Of a stretch of DNA of 51,118 nucleotides, positions 24,367 to 36,900 are shown in pieces. The notes under the pieces were generated by a model. It was not told the origin of the DNA, made no database searches, and saw nothing but the letters and a program-made list of their open reading frames with translations. A program made the position numbers and the translations under genes. The stretch is from assembly GCA_001938485.1 (NCBI GenBank), contig MQRK01239597.1:34159-85276 (forward strand), in the 5' to 3' direction. Every line of letters starts with the position of its first letter. Position 1 is the first letter of the stretch. Origin of the DNA: Girardia tigrina (taxonomy: Eukaryota).

Positions 24367-25567
24367 TTAAAGGTTTTTTTTCAAGAATAAATATATTATA
24401 AGAATTGGAAAGCAAATGTTACACTTGCTTTATCATCTTTGAAAATCACTTTTTCTTTTATTCTGTTGAAACAAAATTATAAAAAAAATAGTTTTTTAAC
24501 AGTTTATAAATACTGCAATCTGATTGGTCGAAAGAATTCCTAGTTTATAAAAAATAATAATTTGTCAAAGAACACAATACGTATTTGGATTATATTTTAT
24601 ATTTTTTTGTATATGATACATAAAATAGCAATAATATTGAGGTAAATTTTCTTCGTCGATAAATTACTTTTTATGCAGTTTCCTAAATGACTTCTTCGTC
24701 CTGATTTATTCCTAAATTAATTTTATTGATGTAGTTCGTTGAAGAATTTAATTGATAAACATAAAAATGAAACTATTATTTATTATTTTATGAGAGAGAG
24801 AATAATTAATAGAAAACCTTGGGCTGGAAAATGTAATGAAAAGATCAATAAAATTAATATGTATGTGAAAGAACACATAAAAATAAATATTAATATACTT
24901 CCCTCAAATATATTATTGAGATTAATATATTTGTTTTCTTTTCAAAAATTTCATTATTTTTTATAAAAATAATTTTTTACAGGTAAATAAATAAAGTTAC
25001 TAATGTTATTGAAAAGGTATTAGAAATAATTCAGTCATATAAATTTTATCCGTCATCGTTTAATATCGAATTTCCTGGAGTTTCAGACCTACTTTTATAA
25101 AAGCAATCTAAAATGAATAGAATATAGAACAAAAATTGAGGAATTTTGTCACGAGCAATAATTCTTTAATACTCAAGGAAATTCTTGAGAAATGAAAATG
25201 ATTCTTCAAAAGAGACTAATTCCAGTAGAGTAATACATAGCAGTGAATATGGAAGAACAAGACCCAATACGATTAATAATTGATATTTGTTAAACATATT
25301 TGGATATTAGCAAAGTGCTGTTAGAGTATGTAAAAAATATTTTATAAAATCGCGATAATCTCTTTCTAAATTTTGTATTTCTCATATCTTTATCTCATCA
25401 TAGGAATAAATTAAGTTGTGATATCAATAAACGTATTGAAAATCCAATCATTGTTTTTAATACTTTTTTATTAAGTTACTTTATTTATACGTGGTACCAT
25501 AAGGCAAATCATTCAGAGGTGGTTGCTCCCGGGAAGGTACTTGTCCCTAGGAACTTGCTGATGTAAA

Positions 25568-25610
<43 letters not shown>

Positions 25611-25613
<3 letters not shown>

Positions 25614-25722
25614 GATGTCCCAAAAATATGTATACACATTAAAAATTTAATTTTATTGAATTTTATTGAATTTTATTGAATTTTATTTATGTTTAACTTT
25701 CATTATATTTAATATAAATAGT
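25611..25722. mobile_element. Tc1/mariner-superfamily terminus running into a gap
   Basis: TA-CAGGATGTCCCAAAAATATGTATACAC directly after a (TA)n tract. The partner end is not visible. Confidence 0.45.
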
Positions 25723-26166
25723 NNNNNNNNNNNNNNNNNNNNNNNNNNNNNNNNNNNNNNNNNNNNNNNNNNNNNNNNNNNNNNNNNNNNNNNNNNNNNN
25801 NNNNNNNNNNNNNNNNNNNNNNNNNNNNNNNNNNNNNNNNNNNNNNNNNNNNNNNNNNNNNNNNNNNNNNNNNNNNNNNNNNNNNNNNNNNNNNNNNNNN
25901 NNNNNNNNNNNNNNNNNNNNNNNNNNNNNNNNNNNNNNNNNNNNNNNNNNNNNNNNNNNNNNNNNNNNNNNNNNNNNNNNNNNNNNNNNNNNNNNNNNNN
26001 NNNNNNNNNNNNNNNNNNNNNNNNNNNNNNNNNNNNNNNNNNNNNNNNNNNNNNNNNNNNNNNNNNNNNNNNNNNNNNNNNNNNNNNNNNNNNNNNNNNN
26101 NNNNNNNNNNNNNNNNNNNNNNNNNNNNNNNNNNNNNNNNNNNNNNNNNNNNNNNNNNNNNNNNNN

Positions 26167-26204
<38 letters not shown>

Positions 26205-26462
26205 AATTTAAATGGTCCAAGAGTACTTCTCCAATAACAATAAAATTCGCAATTTTTTTATATTTCTATTAAACAAAGAATCTAAAATAAAAAATATATA
26301 AATAAAATATAAAGAAGTATAATATTATTGGTTAAAATCTATTGAAATTATTTATTAATTTTTGATTGGATCAATGAAAAAAAAGTTTATTAAAGTTATA
26401 AACAACAAAACTTTTGATTTCAGTAAAACAAAATAATATTTCAAGAATATCAAACATACATT

Positions 26463-27599
26463 ATGAATTGCTCATTTTCAATTAGTTGTCAAAATAAAAC
26501 GATACGTTATTTTTCTATATCATTTTATACAGTGTTAATTATCATTGGAACCTTTGGAAACATTTTTGCAGTTTTAGTGATTCGATTCACTCGAACGATG
26601 GGCAACTCGAAGAATGTATTCACAGCTCTCGCCATCGCCGACTCTTTGACTTTGTGGATTAATCCTTTACGATATTGGATTAGTTTCCTATTTCAGTTTG
26701 AAATTCGTACTTCGAGTGATGGTTTGTGTAAGTTCCATACGTTTATGAGTTACTCTTCGAGAGACATTGCAACTTGGATTTTATGTCTGCTAACCTTTGA
26801 AAGGTTTATTGTCGCTTGTGCCCCGTACAAGTCAAAGATCATTTGGCAAGGTTATAAAATCATACTGGTGTGGATCGTGATAATTTCCGCATTATTAGCA
26901 AAAAACAGTCCCGTTATTTGGCAGTTGAAAATCATGACTTCCAAAACCAAACTCTGTTTTTGTGATACTTCTGATGTTGTTTTTAGACATTGGTTTTTCT
27001 ACTTGGATATAATTGTTTATAGTATTGTCCCATCGGGTCTTTTACTGATTTTCAATTTGGGTATTTTAAAAGCCCTTAGAAAAGCAAAAGCTTACCGATT
27101 AGAAGCTTGTCGAGAGAACTCCTGTTCAACCACAGTTCATAACTTAACCCTTAAAAGTCGTTATATAACCAAAAGCAGTTCAAGAAAACAAAATCATGGT
27201 AAAAAACCCATTAACCTTACCAATCGTTTACTAATTCCTGTGTCCATTTTTCACATGTTTACGTCAATGCCCTTATGTATATTCTCAATTTTAGAAGCCA
27301 ACTTGAAATGGAAAGATAATGCAGATTCAAAGATTGTTTATTTTGCATTTTGCACTGGTCCCTTTCTTGCAATGATTACTGCGTGTAATAATGGAATCAA
27401 CTTTCTTCTCTACTTCTTGAGTTCAATTACGTTCCGTAGAAATTCAAAGGTGGTTTTATTAAAAATCTTTCAATTCTATCGATCTCCAAACAATGAAGAA
27501 AGACTCTTTCTTGAGCAAAATTATACGATTACTCAACTAAGAACACGAATCCCAACAAATAAAGATGATAATCAAGATACTTTGAAGAAAGACATCTGA
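26463..27599 (+). CDS. Rhodopsin-family (class A) GPCR, peptide-receptor-like orphan, 378 aa, single coding exon
   Basis: Intact ORF with 7 hydrophobic segments: TM1 GTFGN, TM2 LAIADS, TM3 C...LTFERF, TM5 IVP..LL..N, TM6 TSMP, TM7 INFLLY, helix 8 FR. N-glycosylation sequons NCS and NKT. TTTCAG acceptor-like site ending at 26423. Confidence 0.93.
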   Translation: MNCSFSISCQNKTIRYFSISFYTVLIIIGTFGNIFAVLVIRFTRTMGNSKNVFTALAIADSLTLWINPLRYWISFLFQFEIRTSSDGLCKFHTFMSYSSRDIATWILCLLTFERFIVACAPYKSKIIWQGYKIILVWIVIISALLAKNSPVIWQLKIMTSKTKLCFCDTSDVVFRHWFFYLDIIVYSIVPSGLLLIFNLGILKALRKAKAYRLEACRENSCSTTVHNLTLKSRYITKSSSRKQNHGKKPINLTNRLLIPVSIFHMFTSMPLCIFSILEANLKWKDNADSKIVYFAFCTGPFLAMITACNNGINFLLYFLSSITFRRNSKVVLLKIFQFYRSPNNEERLFLEQNYTITQLRTRIPTNKDDNQDTLKKDI

Positions 27600-28009
27600 A
27601 ATGTTGTCATTGTTATTTTTGTATGATATTCCGTTAATATTTGAAGTTTATTTATTTACATTATTTATTATAAAGAATATTTATTGTATAGAACTTTATT
27701 ATGTATTGTAAATTATCGTAATCACTCTAAAAAGTTTTACTCTACAACCTTTTGTCAAATCTTTCTTTTTTTGAATAAATATGACTGATTATGTTTTTCT
27801 TATGGCACAGATGAACATAAAGACGACCATTATCTGTATAATGTGTAGTAAAAAATAAAGTTCGGTCTGTCGGTTTTGGAAGAGAGAAATTGTTTTTTTG
27901 ATAACAGAAGAAAAGAGGTTAATTAAGAGCAGCTTCTTTCTTGTGTTTGTTACTTCTAGTGTTGCTTATTATACTGATATTTTTCAACAGTCTTAGAAAT
28001 CAAAACAAT

Positions 28010-28790
28010 AGCACTTAAAATTCTAGTAGAGGTAATTTTATGATCTACAGATCACATATAAGTTGGATAATTGAATTTCCTAATGGGTTGAATGAAAAGC
28101 AGAAATAAAAGCATAAGGATGCTTGCTTGATGATGCTTTCTCGTTATAAATGTGAAAACATTTTGAATCAAATCATCACTTGTGAGGAAAAAAGGATCTG
28201 ATTTAATAATTGCAAACATTCAGCAAACTCAAAAACAGTCCAAAGCACAGTATTCATCAAAGGAAACATATAGTGATTGTTTGGTGGTCTTTTGTAAATG
28301 TTATCCATTATGAGGTCATGAAAACTGGTTCTGCAATCATAGCTGATGTCTACTGCAACCAATTGGAAGGTATAAAGCGGACACTTAAAGAAAAACAGTT
28401 GCGTTGTGTAAACAGGTCGTCTTTCATCTTGCTCTACAACAATGCAAAACTATATACTGCACTTAAAACCGTGACAAAAATACAGGAATTTGAGTTGAGT
28501 CAGTATCATCTTCTATACTCAACAGAGCCCTAGTTGATTACAATTTCTCCCTCAATTCGAAAAACACTTTTAGAGCAAAAAAAATCAATTCCGAAGATTC
28601 CGTAAAAAGTCTTCCAAGAATTTATAGATTATTGTCCACCAGGTTTTTATTCGAATAACTTCAACAAGCTACTGCTCAAATGGTAAAAGCGTGTCGATAA
28701 TTAGGGTGAATACTTTGTTGAATGTCATAAAACATTTTGTATAGGTAAATTATCAATAAACTTGACGACCTAATTTATGACGCCTAACAT
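28010..28790 (+). mobile_element. Decayed mariner relic
   Basis: Motifs QIITCEEKRI, IVWWSFVNVIHYE, ADVYCNQL and ILLYNNAKLYTA (HDNARPH equivalent). Confidence 0.8.
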
Positions 28791-30200
28791 GTCATTCTTT
28801 TTTAATAATTCATTAATAGAGTATGTAGAATTCAAAATGCTTTAATTTTGTGTCTCATTTCCAAGGTTTTCAATGCGTAACAAAATTAATTCACCTTAAT
28901 TTCTAAGTTTTATTTAGACTCTCTTATGAATATAACATGATGTCATTTCAATGTATGTGATGTTACAATCATTACTTATATTGCTTTTAAGCAAGATCCG
29001 AGAACAGTAATAACGGTTATATATGTTTATATGTGTAAATTTTTATTGAATATTCTTTTTTCAATCCAAAATAACATCAGATCACTTATATCTTGGACAA
29101 TTGTATTAAAGAACAATCCTATTATATGTATGCTACATCCACTTCAAAAATTAGAATAGACATTCGTCGTCGTCGACTTTGCTCATTGAATTACTTTCCA
29201 CAAATTCCCGATTAATGAATTGAATTCTCGTTCAACTGAATTGTTCATTAAGGAAAACTTTATATTTTGAAGTTAGTAAAATTTTTAACAGAACCTCTCT
29301 CGTCATATGTTGTTAGTTGTTAAATCTGTATTGATAAACATAATGCATTAACTACTCAAATTATGACGGGTTCGAGTAGAGAATTTATAAAATATAAGTC
29401 TGAAAAGAGAGGTGATTGACAATAATATTATTGTTCGTGATACCTTCAACAGGGTAACTGACAATTAATCTCTTACAGATTCAGATTGTAATTTATAATA
29501 ATATATATATGATTTATACTTCTGCAGAAACTTTAAATTGCAAATATATTTTAATGATAATATATTTTATGAATTTGGTGGGGATCCATAAAACAATATA
29601 ACTCCGGCTGACCTCTTCAATCAGTCCCGCCCGATCCTTTCATCCTTATGCTTTCTGAAAATAAAATTTGATAAATAAAAAGAAAACTATATTTCCATTT
29701 GTTATTTAAATAAAACTTATATAAAATAATTACAAATCTTTAATTCTCATCAAATTTATATTAAGAAATAATAAATATTCTTGATTACAATAGTTTTATG
29801 AAGTACGATTACCATTTTTTTAATGTAAAAAATACTTTTATAAATATATCAAACTGTTATTTGCAGTGAACTACTGTTTGTGGTTCAAGTAAGGGGCGAT
29901 GTTTGAATGGTGAGTACCTTGCAATTGTTGAGTTTTTGTGTCGCGAAATTGAAAATTCAGGTTGAGCTCGTCATTAGGTTCTTATTAATGTGGAAAATAG
30001 AGTCCATTATTAGTTCACATTTTGAGATTTTTAATATTAGATAAATTTTGAAATTGATTTCGATTGAGTCTTAATTTGAGTTTTGTTGTCGATTTTAAAT
30101 GCTTCATTTGTACATAAAAAAATAAAATTACAAAAATACAGTAGTTCCAAAGAATAAATGTAAAAAATGTAATCTTTTGTTAAATAACAGAAGGAATTAA

Positions 30201-30664
30201 AACACGGGAAAATTCACCCGGTCCGAACACTGTGAGGAATGACAGATTGATAGCTCTTTCTTGATTCGGTGGGTGGTAATGCATGGCCGTTCTTAGTTGG
30301 TAGAGCAATTTGTCTGGTTAATTTCGTTAACGAACGAGACTCTCACCTGCTAAATAGTACATTTGTGTCAAATCGCAAATTCTGATTTCTTAGAGGAATA
30401 AATAGCGTTTAGCTAAATGAAATGGAGCAATAGCAGGTCTCTGATGCCCTTATATGTCCGGGTTTGCACACACACTACAATGGCAGTACCAGCCAGTTTT
30501 ATTCCTCGCTAGAAATGGCCGGGTAAACTGCTGAATCACTGTAGTTTCGGGAATAGTGGATTGAAATTATCCCACTTGAACGAGGAATTCCTAGTAAGCG
30601 CAAGTCACTAGCTTGCGCTGATTATGTTCCTGCCTTTTGTACACACCGTCCGTCGCTACTACCG
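30201..30664 (+). pseudogene. 18S rRNA gene fragment (3' part), orphan pseudogene
   Basis: Conserved SSU blocks AACACGGGAA, GACAGATTGATAGCTCTTTCTTGATTC, GCATGGCCGTTCTTAGTTGGT, AACGAACGAGAC, GAACGAGGAATTCCTAGTAAGCGC and TTGTACACACCG, with many substitutions at normally invariant sites. Confidence 0.95.
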
Positions 30665-30854
30665 CTCAAACGCTTTTATTTGACTCAAATCACACAATCC
30701 GCAAATTTGGTAAAAAAGTCGAATATTAAAACAACATTTCATAAAACAACAGATATCACATTTTCGTCCTTCCCGACTCTTTTTTACCTAAATATGAATT
30801 TCTTTGATGTAAATGATGGTGAAAAAAGAATTTTTTGAATTTAATATAATTGTA

Positions 30855-30920
30855 AAGGAGCTAACTGGAAACGTGTTTCAATGAACTCCTTTAACGTAAA
30901 AAATAAAGATAAATATGTAT
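30855..30920. repeat. Dispersed ~65-bp repeat, second copy at ~32147-32215
   Basis: gagctaactggaaacgtgtttcaatgaactcctttaacgt versus gagctaaatgaaaacttgtttcaatgaactcttttagcgt. Confidence 0.6.
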
Positions 30921-31285
30921 AAAACTTTGATTTTTACAGAATATAAATAAACATATATAACAAAAAAAATCGCATACGACAGAGAGAGAACGGCACAGAT
31001 AAATCTCGATTTCGATTTGTGTTTGTTGTTCAAAGGTTTCAAGGAATGATCTTCTGTTGTAACAATATCGATGGAAAGGTTAGAGAATCATTCGGTTGCA
31101 CAACAAGATTTTGAGAAGATAGATCACATGAAGAGGAGCACTTTTAGGGGGAATATTGATAAATTGGTTTGCAGGAAATTCCTTTACGAACCGATTTTAC
31201 AAGAACGCTCTGCAGGCAATATAGTATAATTGTAAACAGTAATATTAATGATTGTTTTTATCGATGGTTTATATATATATATATA

Positions 31286-31386
31286 CAGCTGTGGACAAAA
31301 GTCTGTTGACTTTCACATTTTCTACACATTAAGTGCACATTAAGTTCTTGCCTCCAAACACCACCATGAGAAGTGAAAATTATTTA
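31286..31386. mobile_element. Tc1-like terminus running into a gap
   Basis: TA-CAGCTGTGGACAAAAGTCTGTTGAC after a (TA)n tract. This resembles a Tc1 TIR start; no partner end is visible. Confidence 0.45.
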
Positions 31387-31831
31387 NNNNNNNNNNNNNN
31401 NNNNNNNNNNNNNNNNNNNNNNNNNNNNNNNNNNNNNNNNNNNNNNNNNNNNNNNNNNNNNNNNNNNNNNNNNNNNNNNNNNNNNNNNNNNNNNNNNNNN
31501 NNNNNNNNNNNNNNNNNNNNNNNNNNNNNNNNNNNNNNNNNNNNNNNNNNNNNNNNNNNNNNNNNNNNNNNNNNNNNNNNNNNNNNNNNNNNNNNNNNNN
31601 NNNNNNNNNNNNNNNNNNNNNNNNNNNNNNNNNNNNNNNNNNNNNNNNNNNNNNNNNNNNNNNNNNNNNNNNNNNNNNNNNNNNNNNNNNNNNNNNNNNN
31701 NNNNNNNNNNNNNNNNNNNNNNNNNNNNNNNNNNNNNNNNNNNNNNNNNNNNNNNNNNNNNNNNNNNNNNNNNNNNNNNNNNNNNNNNNNNNNNNNNNNN
31801 NNNNNNNNNNNNNNNNNNNNNNNNNNNNNNN

Positions 31832-31867
<36 letters not shown>

Positions 31868-32399
31868 CATAATTTACTATATATAATTTATATTTAATAA
31901 TTGACTGGGTCACTACAATAATGTTGATTAATTTGTCTGAAAAAGAAATTTTTTGCTAGTTGTTTAGATTAAACGCTTCGACTTGCACTCTGAATGCGAA
32001 ATTCGAAAATGATTCGCCCCTTACCTGTTTTAAATAAATTATTGGCAGTATTTTCACCTATTTTAGAATTTTTTTTCAAATTTTTCGATCCGCTTTGTGG
32101 CCATACTGTAGATATTCATTTGTTTGTTATCAGTAATTGAAAAGTGTAAAAGAGCTAAATGAAAACTTGTTTCAATGAACTCTTTTAGCGTTTAAAAAAA
32201 ATATAAGTAAATATACAATAAATTTCTAATTTAATAAACTATAATAAATAGTAATAACTAATATAGATGTCACAAATATGTTTAGTGAAAAAGGAAACAT
32301 GAATAACGTTGCTTGTCAAATATTTGGGAAAATTGATATAATACCTTGACAATTCGAGTGGTTATTCGAATAGTTAATTGACGATATAATTGGATTGAT

Positions 32400-33530
32400 T
32401 GTTAATGAAATTTCCAGAAGAAGTGGTATTCGGATTATTGTTACTGCAATTATAATTCTGATCAGTGTCATGTTAATTTATTTTGTTCGGTATTTGATTT
32501 TTGGATTCGGGAATTGTTGTAGTTACTATTGAAGATGGCCAATTGACGAGTAAGAATTGATTCGATAAATTGGGATTGCAAATGGCAATCCAAGATTCTG
32601 ATTCGTGAATTAAATTAATTGATTCCAACTCGGAGCTATCGTGATCAATAAATTCAGCAACGGTTTCGTAAGAATCAATGATGACATTTGAGAACACTTC
32701 GCATAATGCTTCTCCAGCAAATTTAAAATTCTTGTATTCTAAATCATTATTTATAGTTTTTCCATTTGAATCAAGATGAGTACCATAATAATCATGTTGA
32801 AGAATGAGTCCATTCGACGTTCTCCTAGATTGAATGCACTGCGATGGGGAGCATTAGTAGATATGAAGATCGCATCAAGACTACGTTCGATGAAATGATG
32901 TATAGCTGTTTCAATTACTTTTTGATAACGCGGATTTTCATCTGGACCACCATCAACTAAAATTATCATTACAGGTTTTAGTAAATTATTTTCACCGAAA
33001 AGAAATCGTTTTAACTGATCAACGTCATATAAACGTTTAAAATCTTTAGCATGTGAATATGCGGTCGAATGAGAATGCTTTCCTGATCTTACAGCGATGT
33101 TTGTAGGACCAGAATATTGAACTGCATTTGGATCACCAAAAACGTTGTTATCAATCGTTAATGCAGCATAAACTGAAGGTATCAACTTGTGTTGTTGAGC
33201 AATAACCTAATCATGATCAGGAAGTTTGACTCGATATTCCATGTTCATCAACAACGGCGCTTGACAATTAGCTGCAGGTAAACCAATCGGTACTTTTGCC
33301 TTATCGTCTTGACTAATGATCACTACTTCCTCAGGACCTAAAAAAGATGCGAGCTCATGGAGATTATTGTAAGTAGCTGTGCAAAAAACAGAATCCGGGT
33401 GACTTTTATGATTATCTCGCAAGGCCTTGATTAAGCGAACTGGAACTGTTTTAACATGTTTCTTATCATCAATTGAACGATAGTTTCTTGGTTGAAGATG
33501 ATGATACACCGTTGATCTACCAATTTCAAT
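32400..33530 (-). mobile_element. DDE transposase pseudogene, probably Zator superfamily
   Basis: SQDDKAKVPIG, LPDHD*VIA..HKLIPSVYA, YSGPT.IAVRSGKH, VDGGPDENPRY and NAPHRSAFN.GERRM. The family call is from recalled motifs, and no TIRs were found. Confidence 0.68.
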
Positions 33531-34027
33531 ATCCCTCCCATTATCCCATTACCATACTTTGTAATTCAAATTAATTTTAATTTACTTTTTAATTACAAGT
33601 TATTTTTGGTGAAAAGTCATTTTCTGTTAAAACTCTCACAAAAAAATAAAAAATGCATTTGTATTTCTTAAAATAAGAGGAATACATTCAGATCTATGTA
33701 TTTAAATGTTACATTAAAATCGTTAAGAATGAGATTCATTTGTTTTTTGCTAATTTTGATAAATCCGCTTTTAAAATGTCACAATGATTAATGTTTAGTG
33801 TCTAAATTTGAGTTTTATCTTTCGAAGAAATCGTTTTATTTTTAGAAATCTACCTCAAATTCAAGTGACAATCTTTTCCATAGCAATTAGCAACTTTAAA
33901 GTGTTTATATTAGAATATTTTTACAGTTAATATATAACCACAGGTTAAAGTTTTAAGAATATTTTAAATTGTGTATGAACGTGGTGTATTGATTTCAGTG
34001 TACTGAAATCGGAATTGTGATTCTGTG

Positions 34028-34300
34028 CAGTAGCGCAACCAGATGGGTGCAAGGGGTCATTAGAACCCCCAAAAAATTTCAAATTATATTTCAAATTTAT
34101 AAAAAAATAAAAATAAAATGAATTTAATTTGAAAATTCGACTCAAATTCAAATTTCTAGAGTTTTATGTAAAAATAACATTATTTAAATTCATGTATTTA
34201 TTCAGCGTTTAAATCAGTGTTTAAATACAGTTTTTGAAATCTTTTATGTGTTAAAAATTATTTTTTGCATCCCAAATAAGAATTTCTGGTTGCGCCCCCG
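34028..34300. mobile_element. hAT-type MITE (273 bp)
   Basis: Exact 8-bp TSD ATTCTGTG at 34020-34027 and 34301-34308. TIRs CAGTAGCGCAACCAGA / TCTGGTTGCGCCCCCG. Confidence 0.85.
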
Positions 34301-36084
34301 ATTCTGTGACCCTGTTGGAAAATTGGTGTTGTATTGTATTTGCGATAAGTGATCATTCGAACACAATTGATATTTTTACAAATTAATGAAAATTTATTAA
34401 TCCGGCAAAATTTAATTTTATGAAGTAATAAGATAGGGTAAATTTTAAATAAAAGCAATAATTTTCAAAAGTTTAAATGGAGATATTTAACGTATTTATT
34501 AAAGACATTTTAGAGGTTGATAATAATTTTACTATTAGTTTTTGTTGAGTTCGTGATCAATAATATAATTCATAAGAACATAAAACTTCATTTCTATAAC
34601 AATTAACAATCAATCAAACAAGTTTTATTGAAGAACGTTTCTTTTGTTTTTGACCCGATTGATTATACTTAAAAATACTGAATTATAAATATTGATAAGT
34701 TATTTATTAATATTGTTATTTTTACTAATTGTATTTGATTTATTTTGAAAATAAATTTTAAAATCTACATAATTTAGTTACAAATAATTACTTTACAATG
34801 TTTAAATTTATATTAATAGACAAAAAAATTAATAATTTGCCATATCTCAAATTTATTCAAATTTTAAAATATCATTTTCGTGCTAATTTTGCCTATCTAT
34901 TTCTGTAAAATTTTTAATGGGTGTTTATTTTAATTTAAACTTGATAGATTTTTTCATTATTTTTTTAAAGTTTAATTAAAAACTTTGAATTTATTAAACT
35001 TTAAACTTCTTACAATTATATTAATAATATTTAATATCGAACTTATTCTGATAACCATAATTCCAATTTTTTAAAACCATTTTAATTTTAGACTTAAAAA
35101 TTTATATAATTCTGTTTGAAAATAATATTTATTGTTCACATAATTTTATATTCGATTAATTTTAATTTTTACATTCAATTGTAAAATAGCTTTAAATATA
35201 ATTTGTTTTGTATACGATTATTATTTATGTGATTAAATCTGAATTTTAAATTTTCACAATCAAATAAACCCCCTCCCCCCTTAGTGCATGACGTTGTTAA
35301 TGAACGAACCCTTTCGTAACTATAACTATCCGATAATTCCCATAAACTTTAACTTGGATAAAAACTAAATTCTTATTGCTAACGTTTTTACAATCTATTA
35401 AAGAGTTTTTGAGCCAGGAACAATTAAAAAGCAACCCTTATCAGCATATTGCGATGTCACAAATGATGTTTAACAAGGGATAATAAATCATCCCATAAGT
35501 TTTATGGAGCTTAAAACATATTTTATACTCAAAATATTCTGTTAAAAAGGGTAAAGATTAGAGGAGGCATCTTTGAATGTTACTTCACTTTAAGTTAGGG
35601 TCCTGTACAGATATTATATGATTTAAAATTGAAACTTAATGAAATTCTTAACTGTTTTTCGAAACATTATGATAAATTTAAGAAATAATTCTTTCAAGAA
35701 AAAAATATATTTTTTTGTAATATATGTAGCAAATTAACTCAGTTTGCATTCTTTTTCCACATTCTAACTGTGTTTCCGTAAGCTCTTACAGAAAATATAA
35801 AACTTAACAAGCAAATATAAAATTTAGTAAAGATTCTAATTTATTGAATTTCGTAAAATAATATTATTCGTAATATATTTTTATTCATAACATGGTCGAT
35901 AAAGGTTTTTGCTAAATTAAAATTGAAATTAAAATAATATAAAATAGAAAATGTAGCACGTTTTTATCTCATTTCGTTTAATATTTATTATAAATGGATC
36001 TAATAAAAAATTAGTGATATAATTTATTTTATTAATTTTGGTTTCGTTAATAAATAAAAAATGGTTTCTTAATCGACGACTTAA

Positions 36085-36290
36085 GTATGAAATATTTGGA
36101 ATGTTTGATGTTTTGTGTTTGAATGTTGTGCGGTGATTTGGGATTGTCTTCTATCGAAATGACAAATTAATATTTTTTGTTATTATCTGCCACTAATGTA
36201 ATTTAAATTTAGATTTAATGTTTAAATTTATTTTTAATTTAATATCGTAAAATTTAAAATCATTTTTTAGTTTTTTTTTAATTTTTAATT
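36085..36290 (+). repeat. Diverged fragment resembling the 5' part of family B LTRs
   Basis: tgttttgtgtttgaatgt...tgatttgg...attaatattt...ttattatct parallels 48880-48980. No termini or TSD. Confidence 0.4.
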
Positions 36291-36319
36291 TTTGAAATGA
36301 AAAATTGTCGACTCCAATG

Positions 36320-36900
36320 TGACATAGACAATCTTAAGATATTAGATGATGTTAGAGAGAGTTTCTGAGATAATATCATTGTCATGGATGAAAGACCATT
36401 ACCACTGTATTTCCAAGAGGCTAAACGTGAATCTTTAGATTGGCAAGTCCATGGAGGGGTAAATTCTAAGAAGATAGTATCTTCATCAAGTCACTAAAAG
36501 GTCCTCATTTTGATTATCTTTTAAAATGTTAATAGTCTTATCCTTGTTGAATTTGCCAAACTTGAGTTCGAATGTACAGCTTCTCCTACTAAAATTTGTA
36601 CAACTAACTAGAAAGATCTAAAAAAAAGTGTTTATAAATGATTATTTACACAAGAATGTCAGTTTTCTTTCAAAAAAAATTTCATTGAGCACAATTTATG
36701 GATTTGAATGTAAACTACTTTTACATCATTTATACGGCTTAGATTTAGTATCATTGAACTTCTTCTTCATTAATCATCTTAAAAGAACCCTGTGAGGTGA
36801 CATATTTCCTTCAAAAATGATTTGCAAAATACCAACTTCTTTGAAACTGCCTTTAAAAGCCTAGTTGTTAGAAGTCAGAATTTCACTGTAAAACATTTAT
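36320..36900 (+). mobile_element. Decayed mariner relic (3' half)
   Basis: IIVMDERPLPLYFQEAKRESLDW and HHLYGLDLVSLNFFFINHLKRTL (HPPYSPDLAPSDF equivalent). Confidence 0.65.

Noticed and set aside
25666-26220. Long ORFs across N runs (also 12452-12715, 31333-31897, 46070-46264)
   Set aside because: Artefacts of assembly gaps and (TA)n tracts.
29570-29665. Minus-strand exon resembling an ATPase or hydrolase motif (GVILFYGSP) after TTTTCAG
   Set aside because: In-frame stops flank it, the motif is incomplete and there are no partner exons.
30201-30664. Functional rRNA gene or contaminant
   Set aside because: Partial, mutated at invariant positions, with no ITS, 5.8S or 28S, and embedded in host-like DNA.
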